A DNA stretch of 61,447 bases from NCBI GenBank assembly GCA_944327045.1, contig CALVGJ010000056.1:1-61447 (forward strand). Reading direction: 5' to 3'. Positions 39,379-48,463 of the stretch are shown one piece after another. The position numbers were made by a program, and so were the translations under genes. The stretch's first letter is position 1. Every line of letters begins with the position of its first letter. This DNA comes from an uncultured Desulfovibrio sp. GTDB taxonomy: Bacteria > Desulfobacterota > Desulfovibrionia > Desulfovibrionales > Desulfovibrionaceae. Below the pieces are notes generated by a model. That model searched no databases and was not told the DNA's origin. It saw nothing but the letters and a program-made list of their open reading frames with translations.

Positions 39379-40920
39379 ATGAGCCAGTTGACGGAAGCCC
39401 AGGCCTGGATTGACGATCGCTCTCCCCGGCAGCCGGTCCTCTGTTTCTGCATCCATTGGAAAGACCGCATTCCGGATGAGTACTTCCGGGAAATTTACCG
39501 GCATATCGAAAAGGACTTTGCCCTCTGCACGCTTTCCACACTGGAGCCTGAAAGCTTTTCCATGCCCGGGCCCATCTTTCGGGTGGACCGGCAGGAAATC
39601 AGGGAATTGCGGGGCGTGCGCATCTTCGTCTGCACCGACCAGTACGAAAACGACTTCCCGGATGAGGCCTTTGTGGCGGCCTTTCCCCACTCCTTTCTCG
39701 GCTACGACACGCCGGTGGCCTTCCCCGGCTGGCAGCGCCGCATGTATGCCCAGGATGCCTATTTCACGACCACGCCGCAAACGCTCAGGGATGCGGCATT
39801 GATCCGTCAGGAACTGGAAGGCAGCTGCAACCCTGCACATGTACGCCGCAAGCGTCCCTTTTACCAGTTTTTCCCCGTGGGCTGTCCCCGTATTGCCACC
39901 GTGCAGGCCCACTTGCATGACCGTGACTGCGAGCAGGATTCCATTCTCTACGCGCCCACCGGCTACTGGGCCAACGCCAGCGATCCCCGCAACCGCATGA
40001 TCGGCGAGTTTGCGCCGCCCATGATCGACGCCCTGCTGCAGGAATTTCCCCAGTACCGCATCTGCTTCCGGCCCTGCGTCACCTCCTGGCAGCACCCGGA
40101 CGTCCTGAAGCTCATTTCGCTTTTTGAAGGACATCCCCGCTTTGCCGTCAGCCGAGACTTTGATCACTTGCCCGAGTTTGCGCGCGCCGCCACCCTCGTT
40201 ACCGAATATTCCAATATCGGCGAAGTTTTTGCGCTCTCCGCCCTGCGTCCTGAAGTTCGCTGCACGCTGGAAGCCGCACGCAAACGGCTGACCGTCATTC
40301 CCACGGGGCTGCACGTCAGCGTCTTCGACAATGTCGCCAAGGCGGTCAGATTTGCGCTCGACGCCCCGAAACAGCGGTGGGAACGGCATATCCGCACCTG
40401 CTACGGCCATTATATCTACGATCCGGCGGAAACCATGCCCCGGATACGCCATGCCCTCCTTGCCGCGGCCAGAGAGGAAAAACCGCGCGAATCCGTGGCC
40501 GTGCGGCGTGTGGAGGAAGGCAAGACGGCATGGGACAAAAAGGATTTTCTCTACCGGATACTTCGCCCCGGAACCCCGGAATATAAGTGCGCCTTTGAAT
40601 TCTGGCTCAGTTACCCGGAAGAACCGGCCGCCCTGACCGCCTACCTGCTGGCCATGCACGCCACTTTTCCGCCCTACCGCATCAGTTCCGAGCTTACTCC
40701 GGAGCGGTACCGGAACCTGGAGCGGATGCTCGGCATCACGCTGACGCCGGAAATGACCTTCAGCGACATTACCACCGACATGCTCAAGCCGCTGCTGCTT
40801 CGTTCCCTGCGCACAGCCAGACAGAACAAGGATGAGCCGTTCGTCAACATTCTGCTCATTCTGCTGGAGCATCTGGATACCATCATGGCCACCTGCCCCG
40901 AACTCGATCTGAACGCCTGA
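39379..40920 (+). CDS. Putative CDP-glycerol glycerophosphotransferase (TagB/TagF)-like GT-B protein
   Basis: PVGCPRI, ILYAPT, ICFRP, TLVTEYSNI; start placed at ATG after AAGGA. Confidence 0.6.
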   Translation: MSQLTEAQAWIDDRSPRQPVLCFCIHWKDRIPDEYFREIYRHIEKDFALCTLSTLEPESFSMPGPIFRVDRQEIRELRGVRIFVCTDQYENDFPDEAFVAAFPHSFLGYDTPVAFPGWQRRMYAQDAYFTTTPQTLRDAALIRQELEGSCNPAHVRRKRPFYQFFPVGCPRIATVQAHLHDRDCEQDSILYAPTGYWANASDPRNRMIGEFAPPMIDALLQEFPQYRICFRPCVTSWQHPDVLKLISLFEGHPRFAVSRDFDHLPEFARAATLVTEYSNIGEVFALSALRPEVRCTLEAARKRLTVIPTGLHVSVFDNVAKAVRFALDAPKQRWERHIRTCYGHYIYDPAETMPRIRHALLAAAREEKPRESVAVRRVEEGKTAWDKKDFLYRILRPGTPEYKCAFEFWLSYPEEPAALTAYLLAMHATFPPYRISSELTPERYRNLERMLGITLTPEMTFSDITTDMLKPLLLRSLRTARQNKDEPFVNILLILLEHLDTIMATCPELDLNA

Positions 40921-41013
40921 TGGCAGGCTTCCGTACCCCGCTCTCCCGCAGTCGGGAAGGCGGACATCTGTCGTCAGGCGGCGGGCGGCACATGGCGGTC
41001 GCGCAGGGCACGG

Positions 41014-41170
41014 TGTTGTGTTCCGATAGGTTGTTCACCCTTTCCCCATTCAGTAAGCTGGAAGTTACCAGACAAACCAACAAGCGAGTGAGGAAAAGGG
41101 TGAACAGCCATAAGAATGCCAAGCTTACGCCCAGAGGTCGAGAGGAAGTGGTTCGGCGGATGGACAGTAT
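41014..41170 (+). mobile_element. IS481-family left-end remnant with truncated transposase N-terminus
   Basis: TGTTGTGTTCCGATAGGTTGTTCACCC end, then GTG at 41100 encoding MNSHKNAKLTPRGREEVVRR; lost after ~23 codons. Confidence 0.75.
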
Positions 41171-41172
41171 GC

Positions 41173-41215
41173 CCGCCGCCTCGCGTCTTGCCTTTCTCAA
41201 AGGCAGAGCGCTCTA
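41173..41215 (+). mobile_element. MITE-like family A, right-arm fragment
   Basis: CCGCCGCCTCGCGTCTTGCCTTTCTCAAAGGCAGAGCGCTCTA. Confidence 0.65.
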
Positions 41216-41953
41216 TCCGCCGGAGGACTCTCCGTCTGCCGATGGAGCGGCTGCCTCCGCCGCCCAGTTCCGGCGAAGCAGCTTGTCGCGCAAACGGAGG
41301 CAGCCGACCAGACAGAACAGTCCAAGCGGTACCAAAAAGGCACTGCCCACGATGCCGAGCATACCGCCCACGAGGCTGCCGCGCAGCAACAGCCTCACGC
41401 CCGCCACGGACAGAAAGAACCCGAACAGCAGCGGAAGAAGCTGCCGGGCCGTCTCGTATCCCCAGCCGGACATCTTGTACTGGAGCCCCGCGAATATGCC
41501 CAGGAGCAGCAGGGTGACGGCAAGTAATCCCCACAGGTCCCTGCCGGTCCACTCCCTGGACGTCTTCTGCCGCCGCTCCGCATTCTCCTCGCCCCCGGCC
41601 GGGGAACGGTCGGCGGCTCCCGCTGTGACGGTCTCCTGTTCCGGGCCGGAAGCGGCATCCGCCCCGGCAAGATATGCCTCGCGCAGCAGCCTGTCCCGGA
41701 ACAAAAGGCAGCCGACGAGGCAGACGAGCCCCAGCGGCTCAAAAAAGGCGCTGGCCCCAGCCCCGATGACGCCTCCCTCGGGATCGCCGCGCCGCAGCCT
41801 CCCCACGCCCCGCAGCAGCACCGGAAGAGCAATCAGGAGAAAGAGAAGAGAGACAGCCTGGCCTTGGCCCGTATATACGGCCCAGACTTGCAAGCAAAAT
41901 TGCAGTGCAACGAGCACAAGGCCTGTCCCGATAGTCTTGCTGAAATACTTCAT
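41213..41953 (-). CDS. Membrane protein with an internal two-fold repeat, function unknown
   Basis: Two hydrophobic halves ending SAFFEPLGLVCLVGCLLFRDRLLR and SAFLVPLGLFCLVGCLRLRDKLLR; GGGGA RBS. Confidence 0.65.
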   Translation of the reverse strand: MKYFSKTIGTGLVLVALQFCLQVWAVYTGQGQAVSLLFLLIALPVLLRGVGRLRRGDPEGGVIGAGASAFFEPLGLVCLVGCLLFRDRLLREAYLAGADAASGPEQETVTAGAADRSPAGGEENAERRQKTSREWTGRDLWGLLAVTLLLLGIFAGLQYKMSGWGYETARQLLPLLFGFFLSVAGVRLLLRGSLVGGMLGIVGSAFLVPLGLFCLVGCLRLRDKLLRRNWAAEAAAPSADGESSGG

Positions 41954-42348
41954 GGCTTCCCCTTGCTGAAAATGATTTACCGCCGCCCGCCGGTTTGCCG
42001 TCCCTTACCTTTCAGACAGCATGCCCAGATCGCGCATCCTGCCTTCAGAGGGTCTCACGAGCTTCTCCGCGCTCTGCCCTTTGAGCAGACCGAGAGGGAC
42101 ACTGATCTTCAGTGTATCGTCGGCAGCGGCAAGGTACAGACGGACACGGCTGCAGCCGCTCCCGGCAACTGTACAGATATATAAAATTAACAAGATAGTT
42201 TTATCAAGATATTTCGCCTGTTCGGCATACGTCTTTCCGCGCCTTGAGCCGCGGGACGAGGCGTGCTATTCTTTTTGTCCGGCGCACGAGCCTGCGCCGC
42301 CTTTTTCGTATCGCCAGCCGCCGGAAGCGTCCGGCCGAGGAATGCCGC

Positions 42349-45300
42349 ATGTCCGACTTCGTGCATCTGCACTGCCATACCGAATACAGTCTTCTGGACG
42401 GGGCCATCCGCCTCAAGGATTTGTGCAGCCGCGCCAAGGACTTCGGCATGCCCGCCTGCGCCATCACCGATCACGGCAACATGTACGGCGCGGCCTACTT
42501 TGCCAAGCAGTGCGCCGATGTCGGCATCAAGCCCATCTTCGGTTGCGAAGTCTATGTCTGCCACGACCATTTCGACAAGACGTCCGAGCTGGCCCGCAAG
42601 CGGAATCACCTCATCCTGCTGGCTCAGAACGAAACCGGCTATCACAATCTTGTCAAGCTGGTGACCAAGGGCTTTCTGGAGGGCTTCCACTACAAGCCGC
42701 GCGTGGACAAGCCGCTGCTGCGCCAGTATGCCGAAGGGCTCATCTGCCTTTCGGCCTGCATCGCGGGCGAGGTGCCGCGAGCCATCCAGGCGGGCGATAT
42801 GGACAAGGCCCTCGCGCTGGCACGGGAATATGCGGACATCTACCCCGGCCGCTTCTATCTGGAGCTGCAATCCAACGGCCTGCAGGAACAGGTGACGGTC
42901 AACAACGGCCTCATGGAGATCGCCGAACAGCTCCATCTGCCGCTGGTGGCCACCAACGACTGTCACTATCTCAATGCCGACGACGTGGAGGCCCACGAGG
43001 TGCTGCTCTGCATCCAGACGCAGACCACGCTGGATGATCCCAAGCACATGCGTTTCGAAACCACGGAGCTCTACTACAAGAGCGCCGAGGAAATGGAGGC
43101 CGCCTTCAGCCATGTGCCGGAAGCGCTGGCCAATACCATGCGCATCGCCGAACAGTGCAACGTGGAGCTGGATTTCGGTCACCATTATTTCCCGGTCTAC
43201 CCCCTGCCCGAAGGGGCCACGCTGGAGTCGGAATTCCGGCGGCTGGCCGAGGAAGGGCTGGAACTGCGCCTGAAAAAGCACCCCGATCCGGCCTCCGTCG
43301 ATGCGGACGCCTACCGCGAACGCCTGCGCTACGAGCTGGACGTCATCTGCAACATGGGCTTTCCGGGCTATTTCCTCATCGTGCAGGAATTCATCAACTG
43401 GGCCAAGGACCACGGCATCCCCGTGGGGCCGGGGCGCGGCTCGGCGGCGGGCAGCCTCGTGGCCTGGGCGCTGCGCATCACCAACCTTGACCCCATCCCC
43501 TACAATCTGCTGTTCGAGCGCTTCCTCAATGCCGAACGCGTGAGCCTGCCCGATATCGACGTGGACTTCTGCGAACGCCGCCGCGTGGAAGTCATCCAGC
43601 ATATGGTCGATACCTACGGCAAGGACAGCGTGGCGCAAATCACCACCTTCGGCACCATGAAGGCCAAGGGCGTGGTGCGGGACGTGGGCCGGGCGCTGGG
43701 CATGAGCTTTGCCGAGACCGACCGCATCGCCAAGATGGTGCCCGACGACCTCAAAATGACCATCGACAAGGCGCTGGAGGCCGAACCGGAACTGCAAAAG
43801 CTCTACGACAGCGACCCGCAGGTCACCAAACTGCTGGACACGGCCCGACGGCTGGAGGGCCTCGCGCGGCACGCCTCCACCCATGCGGCGGGCCTTGTGG
43901 TCTCGGACAAGCCCATGGACGAATATCTGCCGCTCTATACGGGCAAGCGCGGCGAACTCGTCACCCAGTTCGACGGGCCCATGACCGAGCAGACCGGCCT
44001 TGTGAAGTTCGACTTTCTCGGCCTCAAGACCATGACCCTCATCCAGGACACGCTGGACAACATCAGCCTGCAGGGGCAGACGCCGCCGGACCTCGACAAT
44101 CTGCCGTTGACCGACGCCGCCACCTATGAACTCTACTCGCGCGGGGATACGGACGGCGTCTTTCAGGTGGAAAGTTCGGGCATGCGGCAGTATCTGCGCA
44201 TGCTCAAGCCCTCCTGCTTCGAGGACGTCATCGCCATGCTGGCCCTCTACCGCCCCGGCCCGCTGGGTTCGGGCATGGTGGACGAATTCATCAAGCGCAA
44301 GCACGGGCAGGTGCCGGTCGTCTACCCGCATGAATCCCTGAGCGACTGCCTGCGGGACACCTACGGCGTTATCGTCTATCAGGAACAGGTCATGCAGATT
44401 GCCCAGATCATCGCCAGCTACACCCTCGGCGGCGCTGACCTGCTGCGACGGGCCATGGGCAAGAAAAAGGCCGAGGCCATGGCCAAGGAGCGCGTCAAAT
44501 TCGTGGACGGGGCCAAGGCCAACGGCATCGGTCGCGAAAAGGCCGACGAAATCTTCGACCTCATGGAAAAATTCGCGGCCTACGGCTTCAACAAATCCCA
44601 TTCGGCCGCCTATGCGCTGGTGTCCTATTTCACGGCCTATCTCAAGGTACACCACAAGGTGGAATTCATGGCCGCGCTCATGACCTCGGAAATGGGCAAT
44701 CAGGACAAGCTGCTCAAGTACGTCTCCTGCTGCAAGGATATGGGCATCGACGTGGTGCAGCCCTCCATCAACGACAGTCAGCGGGCCTTTTCGGCCAAGG
44801 ACGGCAAGGTGGTCTTCGGCCTCGGCGGCATCAAGAACGTGGGGGATGAAGCCATTCGCGAAATTATGGAAGCCCGTGCCGAGGGCGGCGCGTACGTCTC
44901 CCTGCTGGACCTCTGCTGCCGGGTCAACCTGCGCAAGGTCACCAAGCGCGTGCTGGAATCACTCATCAAGGGCGGGGCCTGCGACTGCCTCGGCGTGAGC
45001 CGCGCCGCCATGATCGCCACCCTGGACGGCGTGGTGGCCCGGGCCCAGAAAAAGGCCAAGGAAAAGGAATCCAATCAGGTCTCCCTGCTGGCGCTGGCCC
45101 CCCGCACGGAAGCCGCCCCCCTGCCCGGCATCGGCATGGACTGTCCCGAGGCCGCCATGCCCGAATGGGACAATGACGAAAAGCTGCGCTTTGAAAAGGA
45201 GGCGCTGGGCTTCTTCCTCACGAGCCATCCCCTCCAGCCCTTCAGCCGCGAAATCCGCCGCATCGGCCTGAACACGCTGGAGGACGCGCGCGACCTCTTC

Positions 45301-45825
45301 CCGGGAGCGGAAATTTCCTGCCCGGCGCTGGTCACCGGTATCAAGGAGGTCATCACCAAATCCAAGGGCGAGCGCATGGCCTTTGTGAGCATCGAGGATT
45401 TGACCGGCCATGCCGAAGTGACCTTCTTCCCCAAGCCCTATGCCGAGGCGCGCGACCTGCTGAAAAGCGAGCAGCCCCTTTGCCTGCGGGCCCGTCTGGA
45501 CAAGCAGGAGGACAGCGCGCGCGACAGCGACGAGGACGGGGAGGAGGCCCCCCGCGACGTCAAGCTGCTGGGGCAGAGCGTGCAGCTTCTGCGCGATGCC
45601 TGCGGCCAGAGCGATCAGCCCATTTGCGTGCAGATTCCGGCCGGACGGCTGGGGCGTGAACACATCCTGAACCTGAAAAACATTCTGGCCGCCCATCCCG
45701 GCGAGGTGGAAGCGCAGGCCGTCGTCCTGCTGGACGGCTACCGCTGTCTTCTGCAGCTCGGCCCGCAATTCCGGGTGGCTCCCGGCCCGGAACTGGACAG
45801 GGCGCTGGCGGCCTGGGCATCGTGA
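42349..45825 (+). CDS. dnaE: DNA polymerase III alpha subunit
   Basis: FVHLHCHTEYSLLDG, GPGRGSAAGS, PDIDVDF, KFDFLGL, YGFNKSHS. Confidence 0.97.
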   Translation: MSDFVHLHCHTEYSLLDGAIRLKDLCSRAKDFGMPACAITDHGNMYGAAYFAKQCADVGIKPIFGCEVYVCHDHFDKTSELARKRNHLILLAQNETGYHNLVKLVTKGFLEGFHYKPRVDKPLLRQYAEGLICLSACIAGEVPRAIQAGDMDKALALAREYADIYPGRFYLELQSNGLQEQVTVNNGLMEIAEQLHLPLVATNDCHYLNADDVEAHEVLLCIQTQTTLDDPKHMRFETTELYYKSAEEMEAAFSHVPEALANTMRIAEQCNVELDFGHHYFPVYPLPEGATLESEFRRLAEEGLELRLKKHPDPASVDADAYRERLRYELDVICNMGFPGYFLIVQEFINWAKDHGIPVGPGRGSAAGSLVAWALRITNLDPIPYNLLFERFLNAERVSLPDIDVDFCERRRVEVIQHMVDTYGKDSVAQITTFGTMKAKGVVRDVGRALGMSFAETDRIAKMVPDDLKMTIDKALEAEPELQKLYDSDPQVTKLLDTARRLEGLARHASTHAAGLVVSDKPMDEYLPLYTGKRGELVTQFDGPMTEQTGLVKFDFLGLKTMTLIQDTLDNISLQGQTPPDLDNLPLTDAATYELYSRGDTDGVFQVESSGMRQYLRMLKPSCFEDVIAMLALYRPGPLGSGMVDEFIKRKHGQVPVVYPHESLSDCLRDTYGVIVYQEQVMQIAQIIASYTLGGADLLRRAMGKKKAEAMAKERVKFVDGAKANGIGREKADEIFDLMEKFAAYGFNKSHSAAYALVSYFTAYLKVHHKVEFMAALMTSEMGNQDKLLKYVSCCKDMGIDVVQPSINDSQRAFSAKDGKVVFGLGGIKNVGDEAIREIMEARAEGGAYVSLLDLCCRVNLRKVTKRVLESLIKGGACDCLGVSRAAMIATLDGVVARAQKKAKEKESNQVSLLALAPRTEAAPLPGIGMDCPEAAMPEWDNDEKLRFEKEALGFFLTSHPLQPFSREIRRIGLNTLEDARDLFPGAEISCPALVTGIKEVITKSKGERMAFVSIEDLTGHAEVTFFPKPYAEARDLLKSEQPLCLRARLDKQEDSARDSDEDGEEAPRDVKLLGQSVQLLRDACGQSDQPICVQIPAGRLGREHILNLKNILAAHPGEVEAQAVVLLDGYRCLLQLGPQFRVAPGPELDRALAAWAS

Positions 45826-45868
45826 GTGCTGCACGGTACGAACGTACAGCCATGCTCGAGCTCAGGTT

Positions 45869-46071
45869 TAGCCTATTTTCCGTCTGAAACGCTTTGCGTT
45901 TCAAACCTGCGGCCTGTCGTTGCGCGGAAAAACCACGCTTTTTCCGTGGTGTGAGGGCAGCGTCAGCAGGGAAATTGGACACAATTTCCCTGCAAATCCG
46001 CTCTAGTTCGGGCCGGATGGCGCTATTCCGCGCCTCGCGGCTTTGCCTTTTTCAATGGCAAAACGCTCAAG
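45869..46071 (+). mobile_element. Composite MITE-like copy: family A arms with a related module (45928-46006) inside
   Basis: TAGCCTATTTTCCGTCTGAAACGCTTTGCGTTTCAAA..GCAGGGAAATTGGACACAATTTCCCTGC..CCGCTCTAG..GGCAAAACGCTCAAG. Confidence 0.75.
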
Positions 46072-46101
46072 CAACTCCCAATAGCAATGAGAAACTTATC
46101 T

Positions 46102-47031
46102 ATGGATACTACAATATCGCAAAAGAATACACAAATTACATACGATACAAAACGTGCTATTTTCCCCATGAAGTTTATGGAGGATATTTGTAAAATACTT
46201 CTTTCATTCAATGCGAAATTTATCACGCCTGACGAACTCTCATTCCTGATTACCGATGAAATACTGCATGAGCAAACCATAAATAATATTTACAAAAGGG
46301 AATACATCTCCTGGAAAAACCACGCTCCCCAAAATGAATTCTCCATCCTGCTGCTGCATGATTGTGATGCGTCAGCACATAATATACTCCGTTTTTTGGA
46401 GTATGAAAACTCTCTTGGCATCAAATCAACGGCATCAGTATACGTAACACACTTCGACAATGATGAAGAGCATCTTTTCCCTTTGGATTATCCCAGGCTC
46501 GTCAAACTCCAGGATGCGGGATTTTGCTTTACATACCATTGGAATCAGGCAGGCAATGATGACTTTGACCCAGCCTGCTTCTGGCGTTTCTTCGATTCCG
46601 ATGTCGATTTCCTGCGAGCAAAGGGATTAAGAATAGACTACTATAGTTCACATGGCTGGAAAAAAACAAAGCAGGGAAAATGCAATCATGATTTTTTCTG
46701 CCCCGGAATGGCGAAAAACAAGCTGCTCTCCACGCATAATCGCTATGAAATAATAGGGATGAGCTATAGCGATGGCGGATTCGGCAGCCGCCCGGAACGC
46801 GCCGATATCCGAAAATTTTTGGCGCAGTTGACATATGGCGAACGTCACATCATTCTGCTGCACCCGTGCTATTACGGCGCCAAAGATGATGCGCATGCAA
46901 AAAAATTCTTTGAGTCGCATCCCTTTGTCAAGGAATACTGGCGCTACTTTCAGACTGGAGACACCACACCCTACTGGAAGGATGTCCTCAAGGCGCTCAG
47001 CCGGAAAAAAGCCATGTTGTCTGCCCGATAA
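46102..47031 (+). CDS. Putative polysaccharide deacetylase-like (NodB fold) protein, AT-rich
   Basis: LLLHDCD, LGIKST, TYHW, SSHG, YSDGG, ILLHP pattern. Confidence 0.55.
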   Translation: MDTTISQKNTQITYDTKRAIFPMKFMEDICKILLSFNAKFITPDELSFLITDEILHEQTINNIYKREYISWKNHAPQNEFSILLLHDCDASAHNILRFLEYENSLGIKSTASVYVTHFDNDEEHLFPLDYPRLVKLQDAGFCFTYHWNQAGNDDFDPACFWRFFDSDVDFLRAKGLRIDYYSSHGWKKTKQGKCNHDFFCPGMAKNKLLSTHNRYEIIGMSYSDGGFGSRPERADIRKFLAQLTYGERHIILLHPCYYGAKDDAHAKKFFESHPFVKEYWRYFQTGDTTPYWKDVLKALSRKKAMLSAR

Positions 47032-47082
47032 TGACATATTTTTAACCGCTGATCATATTTTTCAATTATAACGGAGTATTCC

Positions 47083-47709
47083 ATGCTGTACAACGAACAG
47101 GAAATTTCTCTCATGGCCAATGCCATTCAACCCAATATGCGGAAGAATGGTTCTGTTGCCTCCGTTCAACACATTGTACAGGATTTTTTTACACCGGATC
47201 ACTTTCAAGGAAAGCACGTTGTCGATCTCGGCCCGGGACAATGCGATTTTCTGGACATCGCCAAACGTTTCGGCGCCATCACCTACGGCGTGGACTTTGA
47301 TCCTTGCGTTACCGAGCTGGGGAAACTGCGTGGACATAACATGGCGGAAGCACAAAACTTTCAAAAAACCTGGCCATACGAAAAAAGCAAGTTCGACGGC
47401 ATTTTTTGTCGCGGTTCACTGAACTATTATACCACTGTCCAAAATGGCCCGCAGGATGCCATCGTCTTTCTCGCGAAGCTGTTTTCCTCCCTGAAGCCGG
47501 GTGGCTGGATTTGGATCGCCCCCTGGGCAAAGTATTCAGAAGAACAGACAGCCATTGCGCCCGAAATTCTTACGCTTGTGCACACATTTTTGAAAAAACA
47601 CGGCGTCACCATCGCTGTCCCTTCGCGTGGAGCCATCGCGCATTATGGAGTGACGTATCTGATTCCCCGCATTGAAATCTGGATACGCCATCTCCACAAC
47701 TTCGCATAA
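47083..47709 (+). CDS. Class I SAM-dependent methyltransferase, AT-rich
   Basis: VVDLGPGQ, YGVD, FDGIFC, LKPGGWI; GGAG RBS. Confidence 0.8.
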   Translation: MLYNEQEISLMANAIQPNMRKNGSVASVQHIVQDFFTPDHFQGKHVVDLGPGQCDFLDIAKRFGAITYGVDFDPCVTELGKLRGHNMAEAQNFQKTWPYEKSKFDGIFCRGSLNYYTTVQNGPQDAIVFLAKLFSSLKPGGWIWIAPWAKYSEEQTAIAPEILTLVHTFLKKHGVTIAVPSRGAIAHYGVTYLIPRIEIWIRHLHNFA

Positions 47710-47876
47710 CGCCGAACAAGCGCTGATTGGGCTTCCCTGAAAAGCCGGACTGATTCCTCGTTGACGAAAAACGATCGACAGGCCGCACGCCTTTGGCTTT
47801 CGGGTACGATTTTTGAATGCAGCCCCCGCAGGACGACTTATTGACGATTTCCCCCCTTTAGCCGAAGGAGCCTGCC

Positions 47877-48035
47877 ATGTCCCTTTTTTCCTGGTTGCAG
47901 AACCTTGTTTCCCCGCCGCTGGACGATGATCCGGAAAGCGACGCCAGTTATGAGTGGGATCAGAACGCGCGCGTCATTCTGGCCATTATCGTCATGATCA
48001 TGGCGGCCATCGTCATGTACTGGATTCTCCGATGA
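47877..48035 (+). CDS. Small single-TM protein (52 aa, absent from the ORF track)
   Basis: AAGGAG RBS; MSLFSWLQNLVSPPLDDDPESDASYEWDQNARVILAIIVMIMAAIVMYWILR; ATGA overlap with queD. Confidence 0.65.
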   Translation: MSLFSWLQNLVSPPLDDDPESDASYEWDQNARVILAIIVMIMAAIVMYWILR

Positions 48036-48445
48036 ACAGAAAAAAATGCTGGCGTCTCACCGTGCGGGACGAATTCTGCTCCGCCCATGCCCTGCGTCAC
48101 TACGAGGGCAAGTGCGAGCATCTGCACGGGCACAATTTCGGCGTGGAACTCACGGTACAGGGTGAGGAGCTGCTGCCGGACACGGAACTGCTGCTGGATT
48201 TCAAGGTGCTGCGGCAGGTCCTCAAGGAAACGCTGGAGACGCTGGATCACCGCGTGCTCAACGAAACACCGCCCTTTGATGCCGTCAATCCATCATCGGA
48301 AAATCTGGCCCGCCACATCTGGCGGAGCGTGGCCGGGCGCCTGCAGGAGCATTCCGACCCGCAGGCCCGCAAGGTGCGCGTGGTCAGCGTGTCCGTTTCC
48401 GAAAAGGGACGGCAGACGGCCACCTATCTGGAATGGGACGAGTGA
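48032..48445 (+). CDS. queD: 6-carboxy-5,6,7,8-tetrahydropterin synthase
   Basis: FCSAHALRHYEGKCEHLHGHN, LDFK, LDHRVLN, NPSSENLA. Confidence 0.88.
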   Translation: MNRKKCWRLTVRDEFCSAHALRHYEGKCEHLHGHNFGVELTVQGEELLPDTELLLDFKVLRQVLKETLETLDHRVLNETPPFDAVNPSSENLARHIWRSVAGRLQEHSDPQARKVRVVSVSVSEKGRQTATYLEWDE

Positions 48446-48463
48446 TCGGGCCTTCCCGCTGCC

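Noticed and set aside
40920-41969. 349-aa ORF as an intact transposase
   Set aside because: Only ~23 codons are IS481-like; the rest is MITE sequence and antisense of the membrane protein gene, with no DDE domain
42187-44655. 822-aa antisense ORF, and similar ones at 49408-52353, 22050-25052, 19675-21666 and 39055-40872
   Set aside because: Shadow frames of dnaE, ileS, mdtB, mdtC and the TagF-like gene, expected from high-GC codon bias
46102-48445. 7-deazaguanine DNA modification (dpd) system suggested by queD next to a methyltransferase
   Set aside because: No dpdA/tgt-like, queC, queE or folE gene in the window; queD has host-like composition and looks like the housekeeping copy
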